This document shows positions 1 through 12,886 of a stretch of DNA of 64,000 nt, in pieces. A program made the translations under genes and the position numbers. The notes beneath the pieces were generated by a model. The model did no database searches. It was not told where the DNA came from and saw only the letters and a list, made by a program, of their open reading frames with translations. Positions within the stretch are counted from its first letter, which is position 1; each line of letters starts with the position of its first letter. Origin of the DNA: Botryllus schlosseri (Eukaryota); NCBI GenBank assembly GCA_051294905.1, contig CM119371.1, positions 8,558,001-8,622,000 on the forward strand, in the 5' to 3' direction.

Positions 1-976
1 TCAGGAGGCATGTTAACGTGTCTAAATACCCACGGAGTTCTTACGAATTGAATCAAACTGCAATAAACAGCACTTGCTTGACTAGACTCGGGACTGGTAT
101 TGAAGAATGACACATAGTATATTGTATACATTGAATATTTTGACTGATTTTCATCACTTTTTCATCAAGTAACTAGAAAGCTGCGGAATCTGAACTCGAA
201 CCGTAATATATTAATACCGCCTATTCACATTTTCATTATGTTCTTGTTCTAAAGGTCGGGGTTCGACAATTGATCCAGCCAACTCGCTCGCAGTCCAGGA
301 AATAAAACTGCTCGATAAGGAAGGTGGTAAGCTATATTAATGACGTTTACTGTGCTGCCTCAAAAGGCTATGCGAGTGTTGGTCAGTAGTTCTGAATGTT
401 GTAGGGTCGTTTACTGGCAAGATTTCAAAAAAAATGCTGACCAGCATCGTACATTTGTTTGAATTGCAGTTTTCGCATGGCAAAGTCCTCTTATCAAAAT
501 ACGAGTTATTGGTAAGCAACGGGACTGTTCGGTGTATGTAAGAACTATGAGTTTTTTTTATAAATATTTAGGTTAGACTCTATACTGCCAAATATCGATT
601 AATATGTCGGTTGAATTTGATCGAATATCTCGTCAAAGAAAATATCCACTTGCAGGACCTAGCTTTCACGTATGTGACTTTTAGTTTTTTCGTACTCTTA
701 AACTAGGGGTCGGAACCTTCGGTTATTTTGATGATATGGTTTGGCAGTCTTGTAAATTGATGTGATACTTGATTTGCATTTCATCTATCAGTATTGCATC
801 AACGCGTATCATTTTCAAAAGGACCATAATAAATATTCTTATGGAATCAAGCCCATGCGTCGTTAAGACGGTGGCGAATTGTGAAGTAAAAATGACCAAT
901 TGATATCAGGTTACAAAATTTTCTGTAGATGACGATATTATCCAGGCTGGAAGAAAGGAATTGACGTGCGTAACTG

Positions 977-1580
977 CAGGGTTGTAACCAAGCCATAAGG
1001 TTCCGAGTCACAAGTCAATCTCAATCTTATCGTTTTGACACGAGTCAAGTCGAGTCATTTTCAATTCACTAGCGAGTCAAGTCCGAGTTCAAGTCACGGA
1101 ATAGAGTGTCGATTTTGAGTCATCGTGTTTGACTCGAGTCCGACCGAGTCCAAGTCATTCTGTTCACTGCTCAGTTCCGAGTTGTGTCATGTGAAACTCA
1201 CTTTTTACAACTCCGCGTGGTGTTATTGAATGGTCCGCATTCATAATATACTAGTTTTCTTCATTTTTAGCAGTTTCTGGTAACATTTTTAGGTGCCAGT
1301 AATGATTGACGAAATAATAATCGTAGTGTAATAACTCTACTATTCTTCGAAATTACAATTAAATGCCTGTCTTGAAAGACCCAGTCTCAAGTCATATGAC
1401 TTGGACCGAGTCATGCGTAATGACTCTAGTACAAGTCGAGTCAATACACAAATCGACTCTCGAGTTGAGTCGAGTCATTTTACCTTTTTCAGAAAATGAC
1501 TCGAGTCAAGTCGAGTCACTAGAAAATCGCGAGTCGAGTCTGACTCGAGTCGAGTCATGACTCAAGTCCTTACAACCCTG
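977..1580. mobile_element. Non-autonomous hAT-type MITE, family A (GAGTC/GACTC-rich subtermini)
   Basis: TIRs CAGGGTTGTAA...TTACAACCCTG; perfect 8-bp TSD CGTAACTG at 969-976 and 1581-1588. Confidence 0.9.
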
Positions 1581-4500
1581 CGTAACTGTAGGTAGAACCA
1601 TTACCGTATTGCTACTTTCGCGCCTGTTTCAGGGATTACTTATATGCCGCAAAACTGTAAAACCCGTGTACTGTTGTGTACGGTTGTTGGTTTTGCTTCA
1701 ATGACCCTACAAAGTTTCGAAAAATGTCAATGCGTCGGACGAGTAATGATATATTTACGATCATTACAACAGGATTGGCTTGTCCTGTCTTCTGGGGTAC
1801 GCGAATCCGGTTTGGTAGATAATTTAAACAAGGTGGTGAAATGGCATGTGCGCAGGGCACCAGTGTCATTTCACCAAGATCTGGTCCACGGAAAAAGCCC
1901 GCCAACGTCAAGCTATTATGGTGTGAAGATGCCAGTGGGGCTACCCCTATGTCATCGACAATAGAAGACTTTGTTCTTCACGTATTAGGAAAACCAGTGG
2001 TTTCGTGTGCTGGAAGTGTTAGCTTTCCAAATCGATTTATCAGCGTGTTCGCGACTGTGTATATATTGTGGATGTACATTTCACCAATCTACGCTTCTTC
2101 AGATAACATCTTGTATAGTCCTGGAAGTTACGGAGCTGGGTCAAAGCGTTCATGTCTTCCTGGGATGGAACTTGAAGACTTGAACTCGAATGGTAGTGGC
2201 CGAGTTGTTCAAGCCCCCAAAGGTAGAACTGTCTAACGCGTTTGCTATCTGCATATAGAGTTAATGTAGTATCTGCGCGTTGCGAGGCCAATGGTCTTGT
2301 ATTTATAGTTGGAAAGTCAACATTCTTATACAGTATTATATTAGAAGTAGTGGGTCATTGATATTGAATCCTCCCAAGAGTACGGCATTACGGTATCGAG
2401 GCACGGAATTTGTTGAGATCACTTTCTCCAGGTATGGGCCACTTGTATATTGAGAACTCTGATATTTGTCTGACTTGAAAAATCACTGGATCGGACATCA
2501 AAATGGCATCACTTCATCATTTGAAAGCCTCTTTTGTTTTACACACCTTACGCCGCAACTGACGGGTCATCACCAAGCAGTGTTAGCAACGAGTGTGATC
2601 AGTAACAATTTATTTTCTGCCATTACAGAAAGATTGGGTCTTCCTGTGTCTTTTGGTGCTCGTGGTTCCGATTTCGTGGACAATTTGGACGAAACAATTT
2701 GGAAAAAGCCAGACTATGGTGCGATGACCTCTCCGCAAGATACCAGTGGCATTTCACCGAGAGTTGGTCCTTGGAAGAAGCCCACCAAAGTTAAGGTCAT
2801 ATGGTGTAAAGATGCCAGTGGTACTGCCCGGGTCATCGAAAATAGTAAGATATTTTTTCATCTATTACTAAAACAGGTGCTTTCGTGCAATGCCCTTCAC
2901 ATTGACAATCATGGAAGTGGGCTATTTCCCAATCGATTGCCGTTCTCGCCCATGTTCTTGTTGAACAAGACACCTGATAGTTGGCCGAGTAATCATTGAG
3001 GAGTATAGGCGGCGACATCTGACCCGACTGCTGTGTGCAGGTTGGTATGTTGATCGCCGCTTGTAAATCAGACCTATGATGGAGGTGATGAACTAAAAAC
3101 CGTTGCTACTCAGTTAACGTACAATTATTAACATGCATGACCTAAAACTTTATTTTAACGAAATCATGCCCTATGAAGAATTCCAGTAGTTACACCACAC
3201 GTCATGTTGAAAATATTTATATTTTTGGTAACACAACGCAAGATACTCAACTACATTCTCGGGTAGAAAGTGTCTGTCCTGACTTAAGCTTGTCAGGAAT
3301 GGAGAAAGAACGTTCTACGGCAGCAGTTGTTGGCTGAAAATATTGCACGTTGACCATAACACCACGTAAACCTGTTTGTTTCATTGTACCCTTTTGATTC
3401 ACAATGAGATGTCAATGGGTAATCTACAACGGTGTACCTATAAACGAGGCTACATGCTGTAAAACATCAATTATAATATAAGTTCACCGACAACGCAAAA
3501 TCTACGATAACAACAAATGAAGCGGTCAAAAATATTTTGGCTGTTTTTATAACTTGTGGTGATCCCTAATTAGGCAGTCAATGCTTTCTCTCGGTTTCGT
3601 CTGTTGCACGTTACATTGTTGCTATTGTCTTGTCACTATCCTAACGGTAACAATAAAGCCGCCGAATTATTTTGATATGTCAAAAAAATCGCCCTAATGA
3701 TAACCGGTACACATGACGTGCACATTGTGGCTGCATTCGATGGCAGTAGTCTTACAATTCAGATTTGGAGGGCCACAATTTTGGAATTTGACCTTCAATA
3801 ATTCAGTCGAATCGTACCCGATTTTCCAGCGAAGAAGTGGATAATGCCCATTTAGGGATAAAAATAGAGATTTGTTTTCCACTTTCAATTTATCAGTTTC
3901 AGTTTCATAAAGTTCGTGCGCTACGCGATTCTCAGTAGCGTGTTCTTAACAAATTTGATTCCTTGCACAAGCACATTTAGGCCGAGCTTTGTTTTAATTA
4001 TATTGGCAATTCCGCAATCCATAATGCCTAATTTTTATTAGAAAAGATACCCGACTGCGCCCTCCCTACCTGAAAAGGCGAGCAGAAAGGAGTGATATTC
4101 AGAAATATGCACTTTTTTTATCAGAGGGATACGGTAAATTGCTCTTCACTGCATACGTGGACGTGGAAAAACAATCGGGAATCCCCATCGGAAGAAAATC
4201 GGGGGGATCCAGTGGCTATGGTAATTTTGAATTTCGATAGCAATTGTAGGCCTACATAAGACGCCATAGAAAGATATTTACTGCTGCAGATGCATATCAC
4301 TTTAAGAATCCTCGACTCACACATTAAATTGTAAAAAACTGATCATACTCGGAAGTATTGAATTGCGGTTCTGCCAAGAATCAACCATCGTCTATTTCCT
4401 ATTTTAGGAGTGCTATATCCTATTTTAGGAGTTCTAGAGTACGGTTTGACTTATAGGACTTGTAACTCCACTGGTTAATTATTCTTCTACTTACATTTTT

Positions 4501-5293
4501 CAGTTTTAGTCAGAATCAGACCTGCAATATTAACCTTATAAAGAGCTGTATTTTACTGCACTGTGGGAGAAATTAATTCTATTTCTAATGAGTAAGAACG
4601 ATAAGAAATTTGACCGCCTCTGCCTGCAATCATTAGATTTGCAATCGTGGCTCGCTCTTCTGGTTTCTTGAGCAATCTCGATATCGAAGCTATAGTAACT
4701 GAAAGTGTCTTTGAAATCTCAACAGGCCGCCTTTGACATCCATTACAGATAATGCCATATACCTCGTCGCAAATTACTGACATAAGCACGCTCACGTCGT
4801 GTCACATCAATCTCGGATATTGACGCGCGGTTGACTTGCATTGGGAACATGTATCGTAGCGAAGATTAGTCGCTATATTTGCCCTCCTTGTGAAGAAATG
4901 TCCTTCATTCGCCCCGGCATCGTCGCTTTAGAAAATTTAACCTTTCCGACTAAAATGATCAATAATACCACCCAAGACGTTGAATTTTGACCTGAAAGAA
5001 AGACGAGGGGAATACATGGAAGTCTCTGAAAAGTGACCTTTTTAGTCGGAACCAGCGAAATATTGTTGGGTAGTTGGCAATTTGGGAGTGAGTCACAATG
5101 ATGTCCTTCTTTTTAGTATATACATCAAAATTTATAAATACATAGAATAAGCTGTTTTCACAATCTCGCTGAACTCGCTGAACTAACTCTTATGGTACGA
5201 GAAAAAAGTCCTTGTTTTCCCGATTCAAAAATATGGTCCCCACGTTACAGGTGTTCACTTTTATGCTCTTGACCAATGGATTGTTAATTTTAA

Positions 5294-5536
5294 GATGGCG
5301 ATGTGTCGGAATCGATCACTGAAAAAAAGAAGTGTTGGAAGAAGTGGACAGTCCGCATTTCAAAGTTGGTCATTGGGATCGGCTGCATCGCTATAATTTT
5401 CTGGATAGTGATCATCGTGATAGAGATCTTGCGAGCTCACGGGTTCACTATAAATTTGTTTTGGGACCCATTCAAACAGGCCCGAGGAGATCCCGATTGG
5501 CTTTTCCTGTTCGACCAAGCACCAAAAAGTGGCTGA
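5294..5536 (+). other. Probable exon or pseudo-exon encoding a basic stretch plus one transmembrane helix
   Basis: Acceptor-like TTAATTTTAAG| precedes the frame DGDVSESITEKKKCWKKW...LVIGIGCIAIIFWIVIIVIEIL. A GTGAGT donor lies upstream at ~5088, but the flanking frames contain stops. Confidence 0.35.
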
Positions 5537-8500
5537 GAGCACGGTAATGATTGAAGTGGGATCCCCGCGTTTTACATTGGAGGTAGATTTTGATCTGCCT
5601 CCAATAAACGTGTGCTGGGTATATGTTATGTGTGTGCAATTGTACAGGACAGGGGTAGGTTGAGACAGTGACATTGTGAGGCTGCCAAAAATTGATGTTT
5701 ACGAGATCGTGGTGCGAAATGGCGGCGATTTGGCAGTTGTGTTTGAACAGTAGAGCTCTTACTCACCAATCCATTCACGCACCTCTGCTGACCATTGATC
5801 AATTGAAGTATACAACAGATGGATGTGGTAAATTGTGAAGTTGCGATAATTTGATGTCGTTTAGGTGATCGTGGTACGAAATCGCATCGATTTAGTAGTA
5901 GGGTTTGTGATGTTGTCTACTGCGGCGTATGCTGTCGCGGTGATTTATAATTAGCCATGGAGCCCCATGCTGATCAAGCCAATTGAGGCAAACCCGTGGG
6001 AAACAAATCCATTTTCTTCCATTTAAACTGCATACTTCATTGTTCAGGGAAAGCCTACTGGTAGATCAATGATGTTATTGTTGAAACGAAGAATATTATG
6101 ACGCATCTCACTATGAACTAATATGGCGTGGAGTTCCCTCACGAGCCATCGTCACATATCTGGTTAGAACGAGTCTTATTCAAATAATTAGTGTCGTTAT
6201 CGACTCACTGAATTAGGCTAACCTATTATCGTCATACCTGTCCTAGAAATGTGTGTAAATGTGTGTATGCCGCTTGCTTTTTATATATTCTCTGCTTTAC
6301 TTATTATTCAGTGTATTACGTGCCTCCATTTTACATCGTCTAGGCATTGAAGGGTGTCTCATTTCAAAGACTACTCCAAGTCGTTTCGACACCTTATCAT
6401 CTTTTCATTTTATCGCAGTTTTGTGGTGTTTTGAATTGATGAAAATATCAATAAACTGGTACTGATACTGTAGTCCTGATCCATGAGGATGAATGCTACC
6501 TATTACTTTGTTAATGTAGTTTTGAGGTCTATACCTCATTTCAAAGATAAGCCAGTCACGGGTTCATATAAATTTATCACGAATTCGCGCCACTGCTAGA
6601 TGTGGATGAAGCAGACGTAGTTGAAAATACATATCACCCCATATCGCAACGACGTGCAGTTCTGCTTGATCTCAGCGTGTTCCAATATCGTACCCAAATT
6701 GCCTGACAAATGGACATATGGTTAATTCCCATGCTATGCAAGAGCAATCAACCCTTTGAGTTCGATTGTGATGTGACGAGTAGCGTGGATAACGTGCGAA
6801 AAATGGATTTGCAATTTGATTCAATGTCTTCTAAAATAAGAACCTTTCAAAATGGTTGGCGTTCACACGAACCTGAACCTTTTAGAGGTTCACACCATCC
6901 TTATTGATTAGGCTACCTTGTTGTTGAGTAACATCGGATAACAACCGTTGGGCTACTGCTGTAGCAAGTTATCGGACTGCTTTTTAGATAGTTCCACCTA
7001 ATGTGTAGTGGCGTAAGCCATTGCTCGGTAGTCGCTAATATGCAACCTGCAATTTTCTAAGTATCCACGTTCTAGTAATTAAAGCAGGTTACCATGTTAC
7101 TCTATGTAATTTTCGATAGTATCTATACGTAAGTAGTTTTTGCATTTTCATTTTCCACCTGAACTTGATGTAGTTTTGAAATGCCATGGAAGTCCTTAAG
7201 GCTGTCACGACTCGAGTCGCGATTTTTTCGCGACTTTACTTGACTCGATTTTTTTAATGCGTAAAATGGCTCGACTCGAGTCAATGTGTGTATTGACTTT
7301 ACTTGTACACCAGTCATTGAGAATGACTCAAAAATCAAGTCATATTATTCGAGACTATGGGACGACCAAGACAGACATTTCATAGTACCTTCGAAGAATG
7401 GTAAAGTCACCACATAATGGTACTTCGTCCATCAGTCCTGATACTTGGAAGATAGAACCCGATATTATGAATTCGAGCCATTGTATATCCCTCGAGCAGA
7501 GTTGGGATAAGTAAATTGATCCGGATCGTACTCGGAACCGAAGGGTGAACACAATGATTCGGATTCGGACTCGAGTCAAAACTAAAAAACAGAGATTGAC
7601 TTGTGAATCGGAACCTTGTGACTTGGTTACAACCAGGGCTTTGAAGCCGGAGCTGGAGCAAGGAGTCGGAGCCCTGGAGCCGAAGCTCTACCTAAAATCC
7701 AAGAGAATCTGGAGCTGGGGGTGCAGCCGGTTCTTTGAACAGTAGCTCCGGCTGCGATGTATTTCATAACATGCTATGCATATACCGATGGCTGAATTCA
7801 CATAATTTTACGATAAGTGTTAAATTATTTTAAGAATTGTTGCCTCGTTGGAACCACCTTTTCTGACTAACCGGTAACAATGTTTATACATAGGCGCCAA
7901 ACCTGGGTAGGCTGGATTTGCCGCGCTCACTCCGTAATCACTGTATTATGGATATACCCTCAAATTCGTAATCAGCACAAAACCGATGAATAATTATGTG
8001 GTTCGAAAATTAATGTAAACCATGCATGTCACAGAACGGGATTGGTGCCTATATGAGATGAGCAATATACTCAATTAGGAATAAGACGAATATATAAGTG
8101 ACGTCATAGGATATAACCATGACCTTGCTGCACAAGTTGATTTAGACGCCGAGATACATTGTCTCCTTTCTGGATTGGACGAGCAACTGCATGTCCCTCA
8201 TTGATAGTTTTTTAATCGTAGCGCCAAAATGGATGGTGTGTTATCGTTTTTGCTATGAATTGAAATTCATTCAAGCGCATAATCGTTTACTCAAGCATCG
8301 TTTCGCGAACGTAAATAGATCGCTATAATACTAGTCCGCATAGCCCACAATTGCCGCGATGCTAGCTAGTCAATGCGGTGTCCAAACCCTGCCCTGGTGT
8401 TGAACATAACAGGGCAATTAGTGATTGGATGCGCGATTTCCGATTTCTAATCATCAATTTTGTGTATTCATTCTTGTCTGCTTAATGCACTCGTATTCTT

Positions 8501-9319
8501 GACTTGTTGCATAGTGTCACTTGCGAGCCTGCAGTACAACTCGTTACTGACTTGTACAATGCACTAGTCAGACTCGAGTCACCTTTTTCTTATGACTTGA
8601 CTAGACTCGAGTCACTTTTTGAAAAATGACTTGACTTGACTCGGCGTATCAGAAATGTTGATTGACTCGTGACTCAGTGCAAAATTCACGAGTCAATATC
8701 AAGTCATCAAGTAGTCGGTGTCGATAAAAATCTCTTTATCTTGCATATGTTCGGATCGTTCGCGAAACGCTGATGTATCCCGTGAGAGCGACCAATAATT
8801 CAATGATCGTACGTTTTACTGATCCTCCATTATTCTCTAACAAATAAATTGGCCGCAAACGAACTGATCGAAGCTTACAGCTTACGCTATCGCTAACTAG
8901 TGTAGTAAAGTAATTTAGAGCAAAATGTCTATATCTGTTCTATGTTCCTACCTAACAAAACCTCTTGTTTAATTGAAATTAAATTCGAATATAGTTTATA
9001 TAGTCGATCCTCAACTATTGGCGCATGCGCGAATTGTATCATATCAAGTTGTAAATGGGTCATGTAGCCTTTCGCATCTTATCAATTCCTTTCTCTATTA
9101 TTTATTTTGGTAGGTAACTATAAACTGAGACCATGCAATTACTTACGTAGTTAGCATTTCTACGAATATGTGAGCGATACAGCCGCTTCTTCCGTGTATA
9201 TAACTCTATATTCGTTCATCGTTTCAAAATCAATGACCACTCAACCAGTATTTCACACAGCTAGCAAAATGCAATGACGTAATCATGTCTAATACTTCGA
9301 AAACTTCGGCTTGAATTGT

Positions 9320-9997
9320 GACTTGACTCGTGACTTGACTCGACTTGACTCGATTTGACGCGACTTGACTCGACTTGACTCGACTTGACTCGACTTGACT
9401 CGACTTGACTCGACTTAACTCTACTTGACTCGACTTGACTCGACTTGACTCGACTTGACTCGACTTGACTCGACTTGACTCGACTTGACTCGACTTGACT
9501 CGACGATAGATTGATCCTGGCACGGACATATTTAGGGCAATGAAGGAGGAAATGCTCGACGGTTTCTTTGATCCCGCATGCATCACAAAGGCCATTTTGA
9601 TGACATTTAATTCTGTGTAGATGACCGTTCAGCCTAGAGTGACCAGTCTGCAGTCTAATTAGGATTCCAGATTCCCTGCGTGACAAATCGATAATTGGGT
9701 TAATGTCCCTGATTGACTCGACTTGACTCGACTTGAATCGACTTGACTCGACTTGACTCGACTTGACTCGACTTGACTCGACTTGACTCGACTTGACTCG
9801 ACTTGACTCACTTGACTCGACTTGACTCGACTTGACTCGACTTGACTCGACTTGACTCGACTTGACTCACTTGACTCGACTTGACTCGACTTGACTCACT
9901 TGACTCGACTTGACTCGACTTGACTCGACTTGACTCGACTTGACTCGACTTGTCTCGACTTGACTCGACTTGACTCACTTGACTCGACTTGACTCGA
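9320..9997. repeat. 10-bp minisatellite (GACTTGACTC)n in two blocks, 9320-9504 and 9711-9997
   Basis: Directly visible, roughly 45-50 units including occasional 9-bp variants. It produces the spurious SSRVKSSQVE ORFs. Confidence 0.95.
9505..9710 (-). mobile_element. Internal fragment of a non-LTR retrotransposon ORF2 (post-RNase H zinc-knuckle region)
   Basis: Open frame ...LIRLQTGHSRLNGHLHRIK...CDACGIKETVEHFLLHCPKY. It contains an RLxTGH motif and C-x2-C-x7-H-x4-C, typical of I/Nimb/Ingi/Tad1-like LINE C-termini. Confidence 0.8.
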
Positions 9998-11334
9998 AAT
10001 GACACCCAACACTGCAATGCACGACGTTGAATCAAGTTCTCAAATATTGATGCACCACCAAATTGTCAGTAACACTAATTTGGAGTTTATTTGATTCGTT
10101 TGAAGGGGAACCTCCTATACTCACTAAACCTGATCGACGATGTACGGACTGGTAACGAGCGCACAAATATCGAATTTGAAGCCATTCGGTATATTTCGTA
10201 AAACGTGAATTTCTGCTGATAAGGTCACGACATGCGCTCATTTCTGCGGTTACATCTAAACACATCGCACCATTTCAAGATTAAATTGTACTGTATGGCT
10301 TAATATTAACGAGCGCAGTACCGGTATTAAAACATCACACCACTGTTTTAATTCTGTATCATGTGCACAATGTACAATAGTACTTGCAATGGCATGAAGT
10401 AAATTACGTTCTCATGCGATTATGACGTCATAGACAGATGACACGAAGTAATTATCACGTCACAGGACTTTGCATATCCCCACAAAATGATGGTTCCTTG
10501 CGACGGCTACAACCGAACCATACTTGCCGGAGCTGGAGCAGTGATATCAATGAGCTCCGGAGCTTGGAGCCGGAGCTAATTCATCATAGAAGAGAGCTCC
10601 GGAGCCGGGGCTGGACCAGTTTAAAATTTACGACTGCTCCAAAGCCCTGGTTACAACCCTGGATATTCCTAACTCGACTTGCAATTGAGTAGAAAGTCAC
10701 ATCGTTAGTACTATTTACACTTGAGTAGCAAGGCTGAATACTTTAACCACCTGTAAGTGGAATATAGTCGACTAAATTAGCGAAATCGCGCCGGCTGGCT
10801 ACCATTAGAGGAAAATATTGATTCATATCTTGCGCAAGGGCACATGCAATCCCGCGTGTGATGTCTGCAATGCACATGATCGTGTATTCAAACTGACTGC
10901 TGCGACTCATGATACTTTGCCGTGCATATCCATGGATGACGAATACTCCGTACTTGTTATGGCCTATGGTTAAACAATATGACATGACAAACCAAAAATT
11001 AGGTGAGTGTATTATGTGGTTAGCACGCATTAACGACTGTGTTGTTACGATGTTTCCGGGGGCACTTTACCTCAAACAGAGTTGGCCGGCTCAGCAGTTC
11101 GCTTTTCGGTGTATTCAATCGTGAGTCACGTGTTGCGAATCCATCCGTTGGTTAGTAATCTAAAAATTGTATACAATGGCAGCCGAGGCCAGCATAGCGA
11201 TAAAAATAAAAAAAAACTTCGACCGCAAGGGCGCAGTCAAGGGCTTCCGCGAATGGATCCACCAAATTCCTTGTCGACATTTACAGAGAATGCAATATAA
11301 GTCAATTATTTTATGTTGTGCTTGTCAGGTCTCA

Positions 11335-11530
11335 ATAGCAATTTAATGTAATTGAAATTGTAATTGAGCAAATTTTTTGTCAAATTACAATTACAATTAC
11401 AATTACACAAAATAAAAATGCTTAAATTACAATTACATTACAATTACATTGAAAAATGTAATTAATTACATTGAAAAATGTAATTAATTACATTCAATTA
11501 CAATTACAAATTACAATTGATCCAACTCTG
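11335..11530. repeat. AATTAC/GTAATT-rich degenerate repeat (probable MITE remnant)
   Basis: Tandem AATTAC units, an inverted GTAATTG block and a terminal CCAACTCTG. Confidence 0.55.
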
Positions 11531-12886
11531 TTGCATACCGACCCCACAATCTCCCTTTGTGATCCATATACCGTTAACGTATCTTTGCGAGCAAAATTTC
11601 GCTAAAAAATGAGCGATTTCCAGCTATCATTCAAATTCAAACGCCAATTTCTCGAACCTGCCAATAATAGGTTGATCACGGATCCCAACATCAACAGAAT
11701 CCGAATCTTCGGCAACATTTTAAAAATGTATGAGATGCCGCTTTACGAGATCGTTTTGTGACTTCAATATCGATGCTAAAATAAAATAATGAACCATATT
11801 AAATATAGTAAGGCGCGGTTAACGTTTAACCAGGTTTAACATCAACAAATAGACGTTTACTCAGGGATATAAATATATATCCGTTGTTTTACCGCACACC
11901 AAATTGAAGAGTTCTCAGCTATACTTGACTTGATCGCTGTGCTGTACACTGACGACCTCATGCATAGGCAATCTCGTGCGGTCTGTGATATCGAAAGTGG
12001 GCGTCAACATGATATGCTATTTTCAAAATCACTTGACAAAGCTAAGCACAGTTCACAAACGCATTTATTTTCTCGGGAAACAATCAGCTCATGCACTTCC
12101 TTGTGATTCGTTCCTATCTGCTGCTCCCCTCTATTACTATAGAAAAAATGGGAAACATTGCTGACACTTTATTTAGAAACCCGTACACGCGAGGCCTGGA
12201 CGAGCGAATAACAATTCTAAACTTAAGCGAGTTGGCTTTTCGAACGTACAAGCTATCATCAGTGGTTCTCATCATGGGGATCGCGAAACCTCCAACTATG
12301 CAAAATAGTTTATAACCTAGTTTGAATTTCTTTTTAATTAGAGAATAAATCACACGCTTCATCAATGCTAAAACTTCAGGACTCACAGAAACGGAATAGC
12401 CGTCTGAGATGAAATATTCTACCACGCAAACTCATTGTATTGTCAAATGCCAATAAGTTACTGTTCAAAGCTCCGCTCCCCAGACCCGCCTTTCAAATCT
12501 ATTGTTACAAACTTGATATTAGTGCGCCATATGGGACGGGCTTACGTGATGTGTATATGACACTATAACAAGGCTTTCAAGCAGGCCGGAATGTTGAATT
12601 GCTTTAGCTATTGAGCCGTCTTTTTTCATACATTGTCAAATTGTAAAAGAAGTGAACCAGTTAACTATAGCTCATACCATCATGTTGAAGATATATGCCA
12701 TGTAGCGTGAAATGATAGAATAGCGATACAATTGCTGCTCGCTAAATAGACCCACACACATCTGGAAAGATTTCGGCTGACATTAGCAATGAGCCAGCCC
12801 ACTACGTCAAGGTTTGAGCTAAGCGCCGGATTAGGTCATATCTATTATTGCATGGTTGCAAGGATAGACTACATCAAAATTAAGTA

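Larger units (their letters stand above)
8565..10014. mobile_element. Family C hAT MITE copy nested in element B
   Basis: TSD CAATGCAC at 8557-8564 and 10015-10022; right TIR CCCAACACTG; body collinear with 58946-59858; left TIR partly deleted. Confidence 0.85.
7634..10649. mobile_element. hAT-type element B with GGAGC(C/T) subterminal repeats
   Basis: TIRs CAGGGCTTTG...CAAAGCCCTG; perfect TSD GTTACAAC at 7626-7633 and 10650-10657. Confidence 0.85.
7197..10661. mobile_element. Family A hAT MITE copy (reverse orientation, left end approximate), interrupted in its TIR by element B
   Basis: 7200-7633 is the reverse complement of parts of 977-1580. The terminal GTTACAACCCTG is split, with the final CCTG at 10658-10661. 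Confidence 0.7.

Noticed and set aside
5530..5760. TGA-as-Trp/Sec recoding or a mitochondrial insert, suggested by repeated in-frame TGA
   Set aside because: No mitochondrial gene similarity or SECIS evidence; the TGAs are explained as off-frame readings of (T)GAN codons in a neighbouring frame.
9320..9997. CRISPR-like or telomere-like array
   Set aside because: Contiguous tandem units with no repeat-spacer alternation, no cas genes, eukaryotic context, and the unit derives from MITE subtermini.
9230..10035. ORFs with SSRVKSSQVE repeats as a repetitive protein
   Set aside because: They are translations of a 10-bp minisatellite inside a MITE; several frames give the same peptide.
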